From an uncultured Actinomycetota bacterium (lineage in GTDB: Bacteria; Actinomycetota; Actinomycetes; Mycobacteriales; Pseudonocardiaceae): a stretch of DNA of 64,000 nt. The notes beneath the pieces are model-generated. The model had not been told where the DNA came from. It did no database searches and saw nothing but the letters and a program-made list of their open reading frames with translations. Made by a program: the position numbers and the translations under genes. Below, in pieces: positions 10,045-18,145 of the stretch. Location of the stretch: positions 1,093,720 to 1,157,719 of the forward strand of contig CAVSMR010000003.1 in assembly GCA_963729115.1 (NCBI GenBank), written 5' to 3'. Every line of letters starts with the position of its first letter. Positions within the stretch are counted from its first letter, which is position 1.

Positions 10045-10722
10045 GTGACCGCGCGACCGTTGCCCGAAATCGTCGAGGCCGGCTGGGCGGAGGCACTCGC
10101 TCCCGTGGCCGACCGTATCGCCGCGATGGGGGAGTTCCTCCGTACCGAGATCGCCGCGGGCCGCAAGTACCTGCCGGCCGGGAACCACGTGCTGCGGGCG
10201 TTCCAGCAGCCGTTCGCCGACGTGCGCGTGCTGATCGTCGGGCAGGACCCATACCCGACGCCCGGCCACCCGATCGGCCTGTGCTTCTCGGTGGCGCCGG
10301 ACGTGCGGCCGCTGCCGAAGAGCCTGGTGAACATCTACACCGAGTACACCGACGACCTGGGCCACCCACCGCCCGCGAACGGCGACCTGTCGCCGTGGAC
10401 CGAGAACGGCGTGCTGCTGCTCAACAGGGCGCTGACCGTCGAGCCGGGCAAGCCGAACTCCCACCAGGGCAAGGGCTGGGAGGAGGTCACCGAGCAGGCG
10501 ATCCGCGCGCTGGCCGCCCGTGGTGGCCCGCTGGTGGCGATCCTGTGGGGCCGCAACGCACGCAACCTGCGGCCGCTGCTCGACCCCGTGCCGTGCATCG
10601 AGTCGGCGCACCCGAGCCCGCTGTCGGCCCGGTCGGGCTTCTTCGGGTCGAAGCCGTTCAGCCGGGCCAACCAGCTGCTGGAGCAGCAGGGCGCGCCGGC
10701 CATCGACTGGAAGCTGCCCTGA
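10045..10722 (+). CDS. ung: Uracil-DNA glycosylase (family 1)
   Basis: [23 protein letters not shown]. Confidence 0.95.
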   Translation: MTARPLPEIVEAGWAEALAPVADRIAAMGEFLRTEIAAGRKYLPAGNHVLRAFQQPFADVRVLIVGQDPYPTPGHPIGLCFSVAPDVRPLPKSLVNIYTEYTDDLGHPPPANGDLSPWTENGVLLLNRALTVEPGKPNSHQGKGWEEVTEQAIRALAARGGPLVAILWGRNARNLRPLLDPVPCIESAHPSPLSARSGFFGSKPFSRANQLLEQQGAPAIDWKLP

Positions 10723-10734
10723 GGTTTGGGCGGT

Positions 10735-10765
10735 TTGACCTCGACCTAAGCCGAGGTCGCATACT
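10735..10765 (+). promoter_or_regulatory. MerR/SoxR-type promoter (TTGACC-19 bp-CATACT) with dyad operator
   Basis: -35 10735-10740, 19-nt spacer, -10 10760-10765; dyad GACCTCG..CGAGGTC; ATG 6 nt after the -10 implies a leaderless mRNA. Confidence 0.7.
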
Positions 10766-10771
10766 CGCGGC

Positions 10772-11170
10772 ATGGCACTGACAGAGGCGGAGATCGCCTA
10801 CCTGGAGTCGCAACCGCTGGGCCGGCTCGCGACCGTGTCGCCGGACGGAACGCCCCAGGTCAAGCCGGTCGGCTTCCGGTACGACCCGGACCTGCGGGTG
10901 ATCGACATCGGCGGCCACGCCCTGGCGGCGAGCACGAAGTACCGCAACGTGGCCGCGGGCAGCCGCGCGTCGCTGGTCGTCGACGACCTGGTGTCCCGGC
11001 AGCCGTGGGTCGTCCGCGGCATGGAGATCCGCGGCGACGCCGAGGCGCTCGACGGCCAGGAGCCGATGCTTCCCGGGTTCTCCGGCCAGCGAATCCGCAT
11101 CCACCCGCGGCGCGTCATCACGTGGGGCATCGAGCCCGGCCAGGACGGCATGCGTGGGCGGGACTACTGA
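10772..11170 (+). CDS. PPOX-class probable F420-dependent oxidoreductase
   Basis: YLESQPLGRLATV..GTPQVKPVGF..KYRNV..LVVDD..RGMEIRG. Confidence 0.85.
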   Translation: MALTEAEIAYLESQPLGRLATVSPDGTPQVKPVGFRYDPDLRVIDIGGHALAASTKYRNVAAGSRASLVVDDLVSRQPWVVRGMEIRGDAEALDGQEPMLPGFSGQRIRIHPRRVITWGIEPGQDGMRGRDY

Positions 11171-11176
11171 GACATG

Positions 11177-11209
11177 CGAAGGCCGGGCCCTGCACGGGCC
11201 CGGCCTTCG
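11177..11209. terminator. Bidirectional intrinsic terminator
   Basis: Perfect 14-bp stem CGAAGGCCGGGCCC / GGGCCCGGCCTTCG between convergent genes. Confidence 0.85.
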
Positions 11210-11231
11210 GGGTTTTCGTCTGTGTCCCGGG

Positions 11232-11423
11232 TCAGCCGCGGGTGACCTTGCCTGCCTTGAGGCAGGAGGTGCACACGTTCAGCCGCTTGCGCTGCGATTG
11301 GCCGATCTTCGCGTGCACGGTCTGAATGTTCGGGTTCCACCGGCGGTTCGTGCGCCGGTGGGAGTGCGAGACCGACTTGCCGAAGCCTGGCCCCTTGCCA
11401 CAGACGTCGCAGACGGCAGCCAC
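11232..11423 (-). CDS. rpmB: 50S ribosomal protein L28 (Zn-binding C+ type)
   Basis: [43 protein letters not shown]; AAGGAG SD. Confidence 0.97.
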   Translation of the reverse strand: MAAVCDVCGKGPGFGKSVSHSHRRTNRRWNPNIQTVHAKIGQSQRKRLNVCTSCLKAGKVTRG

Positions 11424-11611
11424 GTCAGGCACTCCTTTCGCTTCTGATTGGATACCGACCGGACGCGGTCGGAAAGCCTTGTCGGCGCGCTTGCGCCGCG
11501 CAGACCCTCGTAGGGTATCGGCTCGCGCCGACAGGTCGCACACCACCCCACTAGTCTCCGCATGTCGAGGTCGCTCGGGGGCGGCCGGAAGGCTGGCTTC
11601 GGGAGGGTTGG

Positions 11612-13393
11612 ATGCTGCGCGCGCTGAACGCCGCACACGTGCGCCGGTGGGCGGTGGCGTGCGTGCAGTCGCTGGACGCGCACCGGGAGGCCATCGACCG
11701 GATCAACGTCTTCCCGGTCGCGGACGGCGACACGGGCTCGAACCTCCTGCACACCATGCGCGCCGCGCTGGACGCGCTGCTCCGCGCCCCGGCACCCGCC
11801 CGGACGGAGGCGAGCGCGGCGCTGGCCGCCCTGGCGAAGGGCGCGCTGACCGGCGCGCGCGGCAACTCGGGCGTGATCATCTCCCAGATGCTGCGCGGCG
11901 CCGCCGACGCGGCGACCGCCGACGCGGCGACCGCTGCCCCCGATCCGGGCGCGGGGCCTGCCGCCGGTCCGGCCGGGGCTGGTCTGGCCGCTGGCGCGGG
12001 TGTCGTCGACCTCGTTGCTGCTGGTTCGGTGGGTGTGGCCGGTGGGCCGGGCATCACCGGGTTTGGGGTGCGGGCTGCGTTCGTCCGGGGGGCTGAGCGG
12101 GCGCTAGCCGCTGTGGCTGAGCCTGTGGCTGGGACCATGATCAGCGTGCTCTCGGCTGCCGCGGAGGCCGCTGCGGCTGAAACCTCCGACGAGCTGGGTG
12201 ACGTCGTGGCCGCCGCCGCGGCGGGGGCCGCGGCGGCCCTCGATGAGACGCCTCGGCAGCTCGCGGTGCTGGCCAGTGCCGGTGTGGTCGACGCCGGTGG
12301 GCGGGGGGTCGTCGTGTTGCTCGATGCGCTCGTGGCCGTCGTCAGCGAGCAGCCGGCGGCGCTTGCCGCGGCCCAGCGAGCCCGCATCGAGCAGGTGGCC
12401 GCGCCTTCGGTGCAGTCGATGTACACCGCGCGGGAGTCGGGGTCGGACGCGTTCGCCTATGAGGTCATGTACCTCCTCGAAGGGGTGGACGGCGCCGGCG
12501 ACCCGATCGGCCGGTTGCGGGACTCGCTCGTCGGGCTCGGTGACTGCGTCTCGGTCGTCGGGGACGGGGCCGGGCTGTGGACCGTCCACGTGCACTGCAA
12601 CGACATCGGCGCGGCCATCGAGGTCGGCGTCGAGACCGGCACGCCGCGCCAGATCCGGGTGGCGCGCTTCGCCGACGCGCCCTCCGCCGAGGCGTCCCGG
12701 TTCGTCAAGGACCGGGCCGTGGTCGTGCCGGTGCGCAGCACCGAGCTCGCCGACCTGCTGATCCGCGAGGGCGTCACGGTCGCCCACGTCGAGGACGGCG
12801 ACGGCGACGACCACATCGCCTACCGCCTGCTCGAGGCCGTCACCGGCACCGCCGCGGCACACGTCAGCGTCCTGCCCGGCGATGCCACGCTGATCGAGGC
12901 CTGCGACGAGGCCGCGATCCGCGCGGTGGCCGCCGGCCAGGACGTCGTCGTGGTGCCGTGCGCGTCGCCGGTACAGGTGCTCGCCGCGGTCGCCGTACAC
13001 GATCCGCGCCGGCGCGCGGGCGACGACGTGGTGGCCATGGCCGAGGCCGCGGCGGCAACCCGCCGGGGCGAGGTCGTCGTGTCGGCCGAGGCCGCGATCA
13101 CCTGGATCGGCGCGTGCGAGGCCGGCGACGTGCTCGGCTTCGCCGACGGCGAGGTGGTGCTCATCGAGGCGGGGCCACCGGGGGTGGACGTCCTCGACCG
13201 CGCCGCGTGCGGCGTGGTCGAGCGCATGCTCGGGATGGGCGGCGAGCTGGTCACCGCCCTGCTCGGCGCGGACGCGCCCGACGAGCTCGCCACCGAGCTC
13301 ACCGACTACGTGCGTCGCGAGCATCCGGAGACGGAGCTGGTCGTGTACCACGGCGGCCAGGCCGGCGCGGTGCTGATCGTCGGCGTCGAGTGA
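11612..13393 (+). CDS. DAK2-domain (FakA-like) protein
   Basis: [41 protein letters not shown]; position between rpmB and recG. Confidence 0.92.
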   Translation: MLRALNAAHVRRWAVACVQSLDAHREAIDRINVFPVADGDTGSNLLHTMRAALDALLRAPAPARTEASAALAALAKGALTGARGNSGVIISQMLRGAADAATADAATAAPDPGAGPAAGPAGAGLAAGAGVVDLVAAGSVGVAGGPGITGFGVRAAFVRGAERALAAVAEPVAGTMISVLSAAAEAAAAETSDELGDVVAAAAAGAAAALDETPRQLAVLASAGVVDAGGRGVVVLLDALVAVVSEQPAALAAAQRARIEQVAAPSVQSMYTARESGSDAFAYEVMYLLEGVDGAGDPIGRLRDSLVGLGDCVSVVGDGAGLWTVHVHCNDIGAAIEVGVETGTPRQIRVARFADAPSAEASRFVKDRAVVVPVRSTELADLLIREGVTVAHVEDGDGDDHIAYRLLEAVTGTAAAHVSVLPGDATLIEACDEAAIRAVAAGQDVVVVPCASPVQVLAAVAVHDPRRRAGDDVVAMAEAAAATRRGEVVVSAEAAITWIGACEAGDVLGFADGEVVLIEAGPPGVDVLDRAACGVVERMLGMGGELVTALLGADAPDELATELTDYVRREHPETELVVYHGGQAGAVLIVGVE

Positions 13394-13407
13394 GCGCGGC
13401 GAACCCC

Positions 13408-13956
13408 CTACCAGCCGGTCGCGCCGTCGATCCGCTCGCGTAAGAGGTCCGCGTGCCCGTTGTGGCGGGCGTACTCGGCGATGAGCCGCAGCAGCATCCA
13501 GCGCAGGGAGAACGAGTCGCCGGTCTGGCGGCGCGTGCCGGTGGCGTCCAGCGACGGTGCCGCGGCCACGATCTCGCGCGACCGGTCGCACTCGCGCCGC
13601 CACACGGCGAGTGCCTCGTCGAGGTCACCGTCGAGGGAGTCGAAGTCCTGGTCGGGGTCGTCGTCGGAGTAGTGGAGCAGTTCGACGTCGTCGCCGGCGA
13701 ACTGCAGGTGCAGCCACCAGCGCTCGACGCCCGCAAGGTGCCTGACCAGGCCGTGCAGCGACAGTCCGGAGGGCGGAATGAGCTTCTCGGAGTGCTTCCG
13801 GCCGGACAGGCCGGCACACTTGAGCGCCAGCGTCTCGCGCTGGAAGTCCAGGTAGGCATCGAGCATCGTGCGCTCGTCGGCCTCCAGCGGCGGGTCGGGC
13901 CGCTGCGGGCTCTCGATCTTCATGGCGATGTTGGATTCGGGCAGGGGCTGACTCAT
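13408..13956 (-). CDS. DinB-family (DUF664) protein
   Basis: LDFQRETL..KC.GL, SLHGLVRHLAGVERWW, EYARHNGHADLLRERIDG. Confidence 0.88.
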   Translation of the reverse strand: MSQPLPESNIAMKIESPQRPDPPLEADERTMLDAYLDFQRETLALKCAGLSGRKHSEKLIPPSGLSLHGLVRHLAGVERWWLHLQFAGDDVELLHYSDDDPDQDFDSLDGDLDEALAVWRRECDRSREIVAAAPSLDATGTRRQTGDSFSLRWMLLRLIAEYARHNGHADLLRERIDGATGW

Positions 13957-13963
13957 GCCACGC

Positions 13964-13985
13964 AGCCTGTCACCGGGGTCTGACA
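13964..13985 (-). promoter_or_regulatory. PafBC/RecA-NDp-type promoter for dinB: TGTCAG-N10-CAGGCT
   Basis: Read directly on the minus strand; ATG 13956 lies 7 nt past the -10 element (leaderless). Confidence 0.6.
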
Positions 13986-14020
13986 ATTCCGGGCGGGTAC
14001 CGGCGGGGCCGCGCCGGGAA

Positions 14021-14042
14021 TGTCATGGGTGCGCGACATAAT
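14021..14042 (+). promoter_or_regulatory. PafBC/RecA-NDp-type promoter for recG: TGTCAT-N10-CATAAT
   Basis: TGTCAT 14021-14026, 10 nt, CATAAT 14037-14042; GTG 14048 and ATG 14051 just downstream. Confidence 0.6.
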
Positions 14043-14047
14043 CGCGG

Positions 14048-16234
14048 GTGATGGTCTCCATGGACGACAAGCTCGAGCCGGCGGTCGGCGCCAAGACGGC
14101 CAAGGCGCTCTCCGGAGCCCTGGACCTGCACACCGTCGGTGACCTCGTGCACTACTACCCGCGCCGCTACGCCGAGCGCGGCGAGCTGACCGACATCGCG
14201 GGGCTGGAGCTCGGCGAGCACGCCACCGTGATGGCCCGGGTCAAGTCGGTCAACGAACGCCGCATGCGCCAGCGCCGCGGCACGATCCTCGAGGTCGTGA
14301 TCACCGACGGCAGCCGGACCCTGGACTGCAAGTTCTTCAACTTCCGGCAGTTCCAGTTCCGCGTCCCGGTGGGCGCGAGCGCGCTGTTCGCCGGCAAGGT
14401 CTCGGTCTACCGGAACAAGCTGCAGCTCACCAACCCCGACTACCAGCCGCTCGAGGAGGAGCAGGAGGCCGACGAGGCCATCGACGACTTCGTCGGGCTC
14501 ATCCCGGTCTACCCGGCGGCCGCCAAGGTGCAGTCCTGGCAGATCGCGAAGTGCGTGCGGCAGGCGCTCGACATGCTCGAGCCGGTCGAGGACCCGCTGC
14601 CCGAACAGCTGCGCAAGCGGCACGACTACATCGGCTACGACGAGGCCATCCGCGCGATCCACCTGGCCAAGGACTGGGCCGGCGTGCAGGTCGCGCGCAA
14701 CCGGCTGAAGTGGGGCGAGGCGCTCGCGGTGCAGCTCGCGCTCGCCCAGCGGCGGCACGCGGCGGTAGCCCGCCCGGCCCCGGTCTGCGAGCGCAGGCCC
14801 GAGGGCATCCGCGCGGAGTTCGACGAGCGGCTGCCGTTCACGCTCACCGAGGGGCAGCGCGAGATCGGCGAGGAGGTCGCGGTCGACCTGGCCAAGGAGC
14901 ACCCGATGAACCGGCTGCTGCAGGGCGAGGTCGGCAGCGGCAAGACGATCGTGGCGCTGCGGGCGATGCTGCAGGTGGTCGACGCGGGGCGGCAGGCGGC
15001 GCTGCTCGCGCCCACCGAGGTGCTCGCCGCGCAGCACGCGCGCTCCCTCGCGGCGATGCTGGGCGACCTCGCGCAGGCCGGCCAGCTCGGCGGTGCCGAG
15101 CACGCGACGCGGATCGCGCTGCTCACGGGTTCGCTGTCGGCCGCGCAGCGCAAGCAGGCGATGCTCGACGTGGTCAGCGGGTCGGCCGGCATCGTGGTGG
15201 GCACGCACGCGCTGATCCAGGACAAGGTGGAGTTCGCCGACCTGGGCCTGGTGGTGGTCGACGAGCAGCACCGGTTCGGCGTCGAGCAGCGGGACGCGCT
15301 GCGCACGCGGGCGGGGGAGAACGTCAGCCCGCACGTGCTGGTGATGACGGCGACGCCGATTCCGCGCACGGTGGCGATGACCGTGTACGGCGACCTGGAG
15401 ACCTCGTCGCTGCGTGAGCTGCCGGCCGGGCGCTCGCCGATCAGCACGTCGGTCGTCCCGGTCGCGGAGAAGCCGGGCTGGCTGGACCGGGCGTGGCAGC
15501 GGGTGCGCGAGGAGGTCGCGGGCGGGCACCAGGCGTACGTGGTGTGCCCGCGCATCGGCGAGCAGCAGTCCGCGGACGAGGACGTGAACGAGGCGCTGGA
15601 GTCCGATTCGGACGGTCGGCGCGCGCCGCTCGCGGTGCTGGACGTCCACGAGGAGCTCGCCGCCGGGCCCCTGTCCGGGCTGCGCCTGGCGGTGCTGCAC
15701 GGCCGGCTGCCGACCGACGAGAAGGACGCGGTGATGCGGGCGTTCGCGGCGGGGGAGCTGGACGTCGTCGTGGCCACCACGGTGGTCGAGGTGGGCGTGG
15801 ACGTCCCGAACGCCACGGCCATGGTGATCATGGACGCGGACCGGTTCGGGGTCAGCCAGCTCCACCAGCTGCGCGGCCGGGTCGGGCGCGGGAAGGCGGC
15901 CGGTGTCTGCCTGCTGGTGACGGAGATGCCCGCGGGCACGGCGACCCGGGACCGGCTCGACGCCGTCGCGTCTACTTTGGACGGATTCGAGCTGGCGCGG
16001 GTGGACCTGGAGATGCGCCGCGAGGGCGACATCCTGGGGGCCTCGCAGTCCGGGCGGCAGTCGGCGCTCAAGCTGCTGTCGCTGCTGCGGGACGAGGAGC
16101 TGATCGCGGAGGCGCGGGCGGAGGCGCAGGCGTTGATCGCCTACGCGCCGGGGCTCGAGGATTTTCCAGGACTTGGCCGAATGGTGGCGAATTTGGTTAA
16201 TGATTCGCGAGCGGAGTATTTGGAAAAAGTCTGA
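14048..16234 (+). CDS. recG: ATP-dependent DNA helicase RecG
   Basis: LLQGEVGSGKT, VVDEQHRFG, MTATPIPRT, QLHQLRGRVGRG. Confidence 0.97.
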   Translation: MMVSMDDKLEPAVGAKTAKALSGALDLHTVGDLVHYYPRRYAERGELTDIAGLELGEHATVMARVKSVNERRMRQRRGTILEVVITDGSRTLDCKFFNFRQFQFRVPVGASALFAGKVSVYRNKLQLTNPDYQPLEEEQEADEAIDDFVGLIPVYPAAAKVQSWQIAKCVRQALDMLEPVEDPLPEQLRKRHDYIGYDEAIRAIHLAKDWAGVQVARNRLKWGEALAVQLALAQRRHAAVARPAPVCERRPEGIRAEFDERLPFTLTEGQREIGEEVAVDLAKEHPMNRLLQGEVGSGKTIVALRAMLQVVDAGRQAALLAPTEVLAAQHARSLAAMLGDLAQAGQLGGAEHATRIALLTGSLSAAQRKQAMLDVVSGSAGIVVGTHALIQDKVEFADLGLVVVDEQHRFGVEQRDALRTRAGENVSPHVLVMTATPIPRTVAMTVYGDLETSSLRELPAGRSPISTSVVPVAEKPGWLDRAWQRVREEVAGGHQAYVVCPRIGEQQSADEDVNEALESDSDGRRAPLAVLDVHEELAAGPLSGLRLAVLHGRLPTDEKDAVMRAFAAGELDVVVATTVVEVGVDVPNATAMVIMDADRFGVSQLHQLRGRVGRGKAAGVCLLVTEMPAGTATRDRLDAVASTLDGFELARVDLEMRREGDILGASQSGRQSALKLLSLLRDEELIAEARAEAQALIAYAPGLEDFPGLGRMVANLVNDSRAEYLEKV

Positions 16235-16370
16235 CCAGTTGAATGCGGATTCGCGCCGCCGGCCTGGTGGCCGCGCTTATCCGGCATGACCGGGATTCCG
16301 GTCGGCATATCGGCTGGTAATGCCCGGTTTGCGCATCAGCCGATTCGCGTCGGGCTCGTGGTGCCCGGAC

Positions 16371-16413
16371 GCGCAGCGGCGCCCCTGCCCTGGTGGGCCG
16401 GGGCGCCGCCGCG
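16371..16413. terminator. Imperfect hairpin, probable terminator
   Basis: GCGCAGCGGCGCCC / GGGCGCCGCCGCGC, just past the stop of the minus-strand coiled-coil gene. Confidence 0.5.
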
Positions 16414-16421
16414 CCTGGTTG

Positions 16422-18035
16422 CTACTTGTTGCCGTTGACCGGGGCCTTCACCTGGTGGCCGGGCTGCGGCTTGGGGTGCGGGCTCGGGTGCGGCGTGGGA
16501 GACGGCGACGAGGCGTCCCGCTCCGGGTGCCGGACGCCACCACCGTCGGCGCCCATGGCCTTCGTGAAGTGGCGCCGGGCCTCGCCGAGGATGGCGTACG
16601 TCGCGCTGACCTGCTCGGACACGCGGCGCTCGAAGTCGTCGGCGCGCCGGGTGCGGTCCTGTGCCTCGGCGAGCCGCTGCTCCGCGTCCTCGATGATCTT
16701 CGCGGCGCGGATCTTGGCGTTCGCCTGCTGCTCGTTCAGCTCCTTCTCGATCCTCGAGCGGCGCTCGGCGATCTCCTTGTCGCTGGCCTGGCTGCGGGCG
16801 TCGGCGTCGGCGACCGTCTTGTCGGCCTGCTGCTGTGCGATCTGCTCCAGCTCGGCCAGGTGCTTCTCGACGGTCTCGCGCTTCTCGCCGAGCGACTTGT
16901 CCGACTCGTCCGCCCGGCGCTTGGCGTCGTCGACGATCTTCGACGCCTGGGCCTGCACGGCCTGCTCGCGCTGGGCGATGACCTGCTCGGCCTCGGCCCG
17001 CTCCGCACCGACGGTCTCGCGGATCTTGACGGCCTCGCGCTCGGCGTCGCCGACGATCTTGCCGGCCCGGTCCTTCGCGAGGGAGAACCGCTCGGCCAGC
17101 TCGCGCTCCAGCTCCGTGCGCTGGGCCTGCATGGCGCCCTCGGCCTCCTCGGCCAGGGACGCCCGCTTGTCGGCGGCCTTGATGTCGAGGATCTCGCGCT
17201 GCTTGGCGGCCTCGGCGTCCCGCTGCTCGCGACGCTGCCGGGCGGCGGCGTCGAGCTGCGCGATGCGGTCCTCGTTCGACTTCGCGGCCCGCTCGACCTC
17301 GGCGCGGGCGTTGGCCATCAGCTGGTCGTGCTCGCCGACCTGCCGCGCCTTCAGCCCCTCGTACTCGGACTCGAGGGCGGCGTGGTTCTTCGCGTACTCG
17401 GCCTCGAGGGCCTTGCGGCGCTGGCCCAGCTCGGCGGTGGCCGCCTCGTGCCTGGCCTTCTGCTCCTTGGCGAAGTTCTGCACCTCGGCGCGCACGCCGG
17501 AGGCGTACTCGTCCGCCGCGCTCTTCGTCGTGATGACGTACTGGTCCGCGTTCCCGCGGATCTCGCCCGCGTGGTCGTCGGACGCCTTGCGCGTCTTCGT
17601 CGCGTACTTGTCAGCCTCGGCGCGCGTGGACGAGGCGTGCGAATCGGCCTTGGCGCGCGTCGAGTGGCTGTACTCGTCGGCCTCGGCCCGGGTCGTGCGG
17701 TCGTAGTTCTCCGCGTCGCGCTTGAACTCCGCGATCTCCTCTTCGGCCAGCTGCCACATCAGCCGCTGCCGCTCGGACATCGCCTCGTTGCTGGTGGGGT
17801 TCGAGGCAATGCGGTTGAGCTGTGCTTTGGCGTCGATCAGCTGCTGTTGGGCACTACCCAACGCCTTGGTCAGCTCGGCGACCTTCGCGACGGCCTCGTC
17901 CCTGCTCTTCTGGACGTGCCCGAGGTCGAAGGTCAGGCGCGTGACGCGCTCGTTGACCTGGCGCTGGTTGTAGCCGCGGAGAACGGTGTCGAAACGGGGG
18001 ACACGGCTGTTTGCTTCGGAATCACCAGCAGGCAT
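16422..18035 (-). CDS. FilP/DivIVA-like long coiled-coil protein
   Basis: RFDTVLRGYNQRQVNERV (DivIVA/FilP-type N-terminus), LAEEE motif, hendecad and 40-residue repeats, Pro/His-rich tail; GTG 18041 is an alternative start. Confidence 0.75.
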   Translation of the reverse strand: MPAGDSEANSRVPRFDTVLRGYNQRQVNERVTRLTFDLGHVQKSRDEAVAKVAELTKALGSAQQQLIDAKAQLNRIASNPTSNEAMSERQRLMWQLAEEEIAEFKRDAENYDRTTRAEADEYSHSTRAKADSHASSTRAEADKYATKTRKASDDHAGEIRGNADQYVITTKSAADEYASGVRAEVQNFAKEQKARHEAATAELGQRRKALEAEYAKNHAALESEYEGLKARQVGEHDQLMANARAEVERAAKSNEDRIAQLDAAARQRREQRDAEAAKQREILDIKAADKRASLAEEAEGAMQAQRTELERELAERFSLAKDRAGKIVGDAEREAVKIRETVGAERAEAEQVIAQREQAVQAQASKIVDDAKRRADESDKSLGEKRETVEKHLAELEQIAQQQADKTVADADARSQASDKEIAERRSRIEKELNEQQANAKIRAAKIIEDAEQRLAEAQDRTRRADDFERRVSEQVSATYAILGEARRHFTKAMGADGGGVRHPERDASSPSPTPHPSPHPKPQPGHQVKAPVNGNK

Positions 18036-18094
18036 TGCCACACTTTAGATGGTCCCCGCAAGGGGTGACGCGGGCGGGACTGTTGTCAGCCGAC

Positions 18095-18134
18095 GAAGGC
18101 CACCCTGCCGTCGTCGAACGGCAGGGTGGCCTTC
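18095..18134 (-). terminator. Intrinsic terminator after MMPL gene
   Basis: Perfect 17-bp stem GAAGGCCACCCTGCCGT / ACGGCAGGGTGGCCTTC. Confidence 0.85.
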
Positions 18135-18145
18135 AGTCCTACTGG

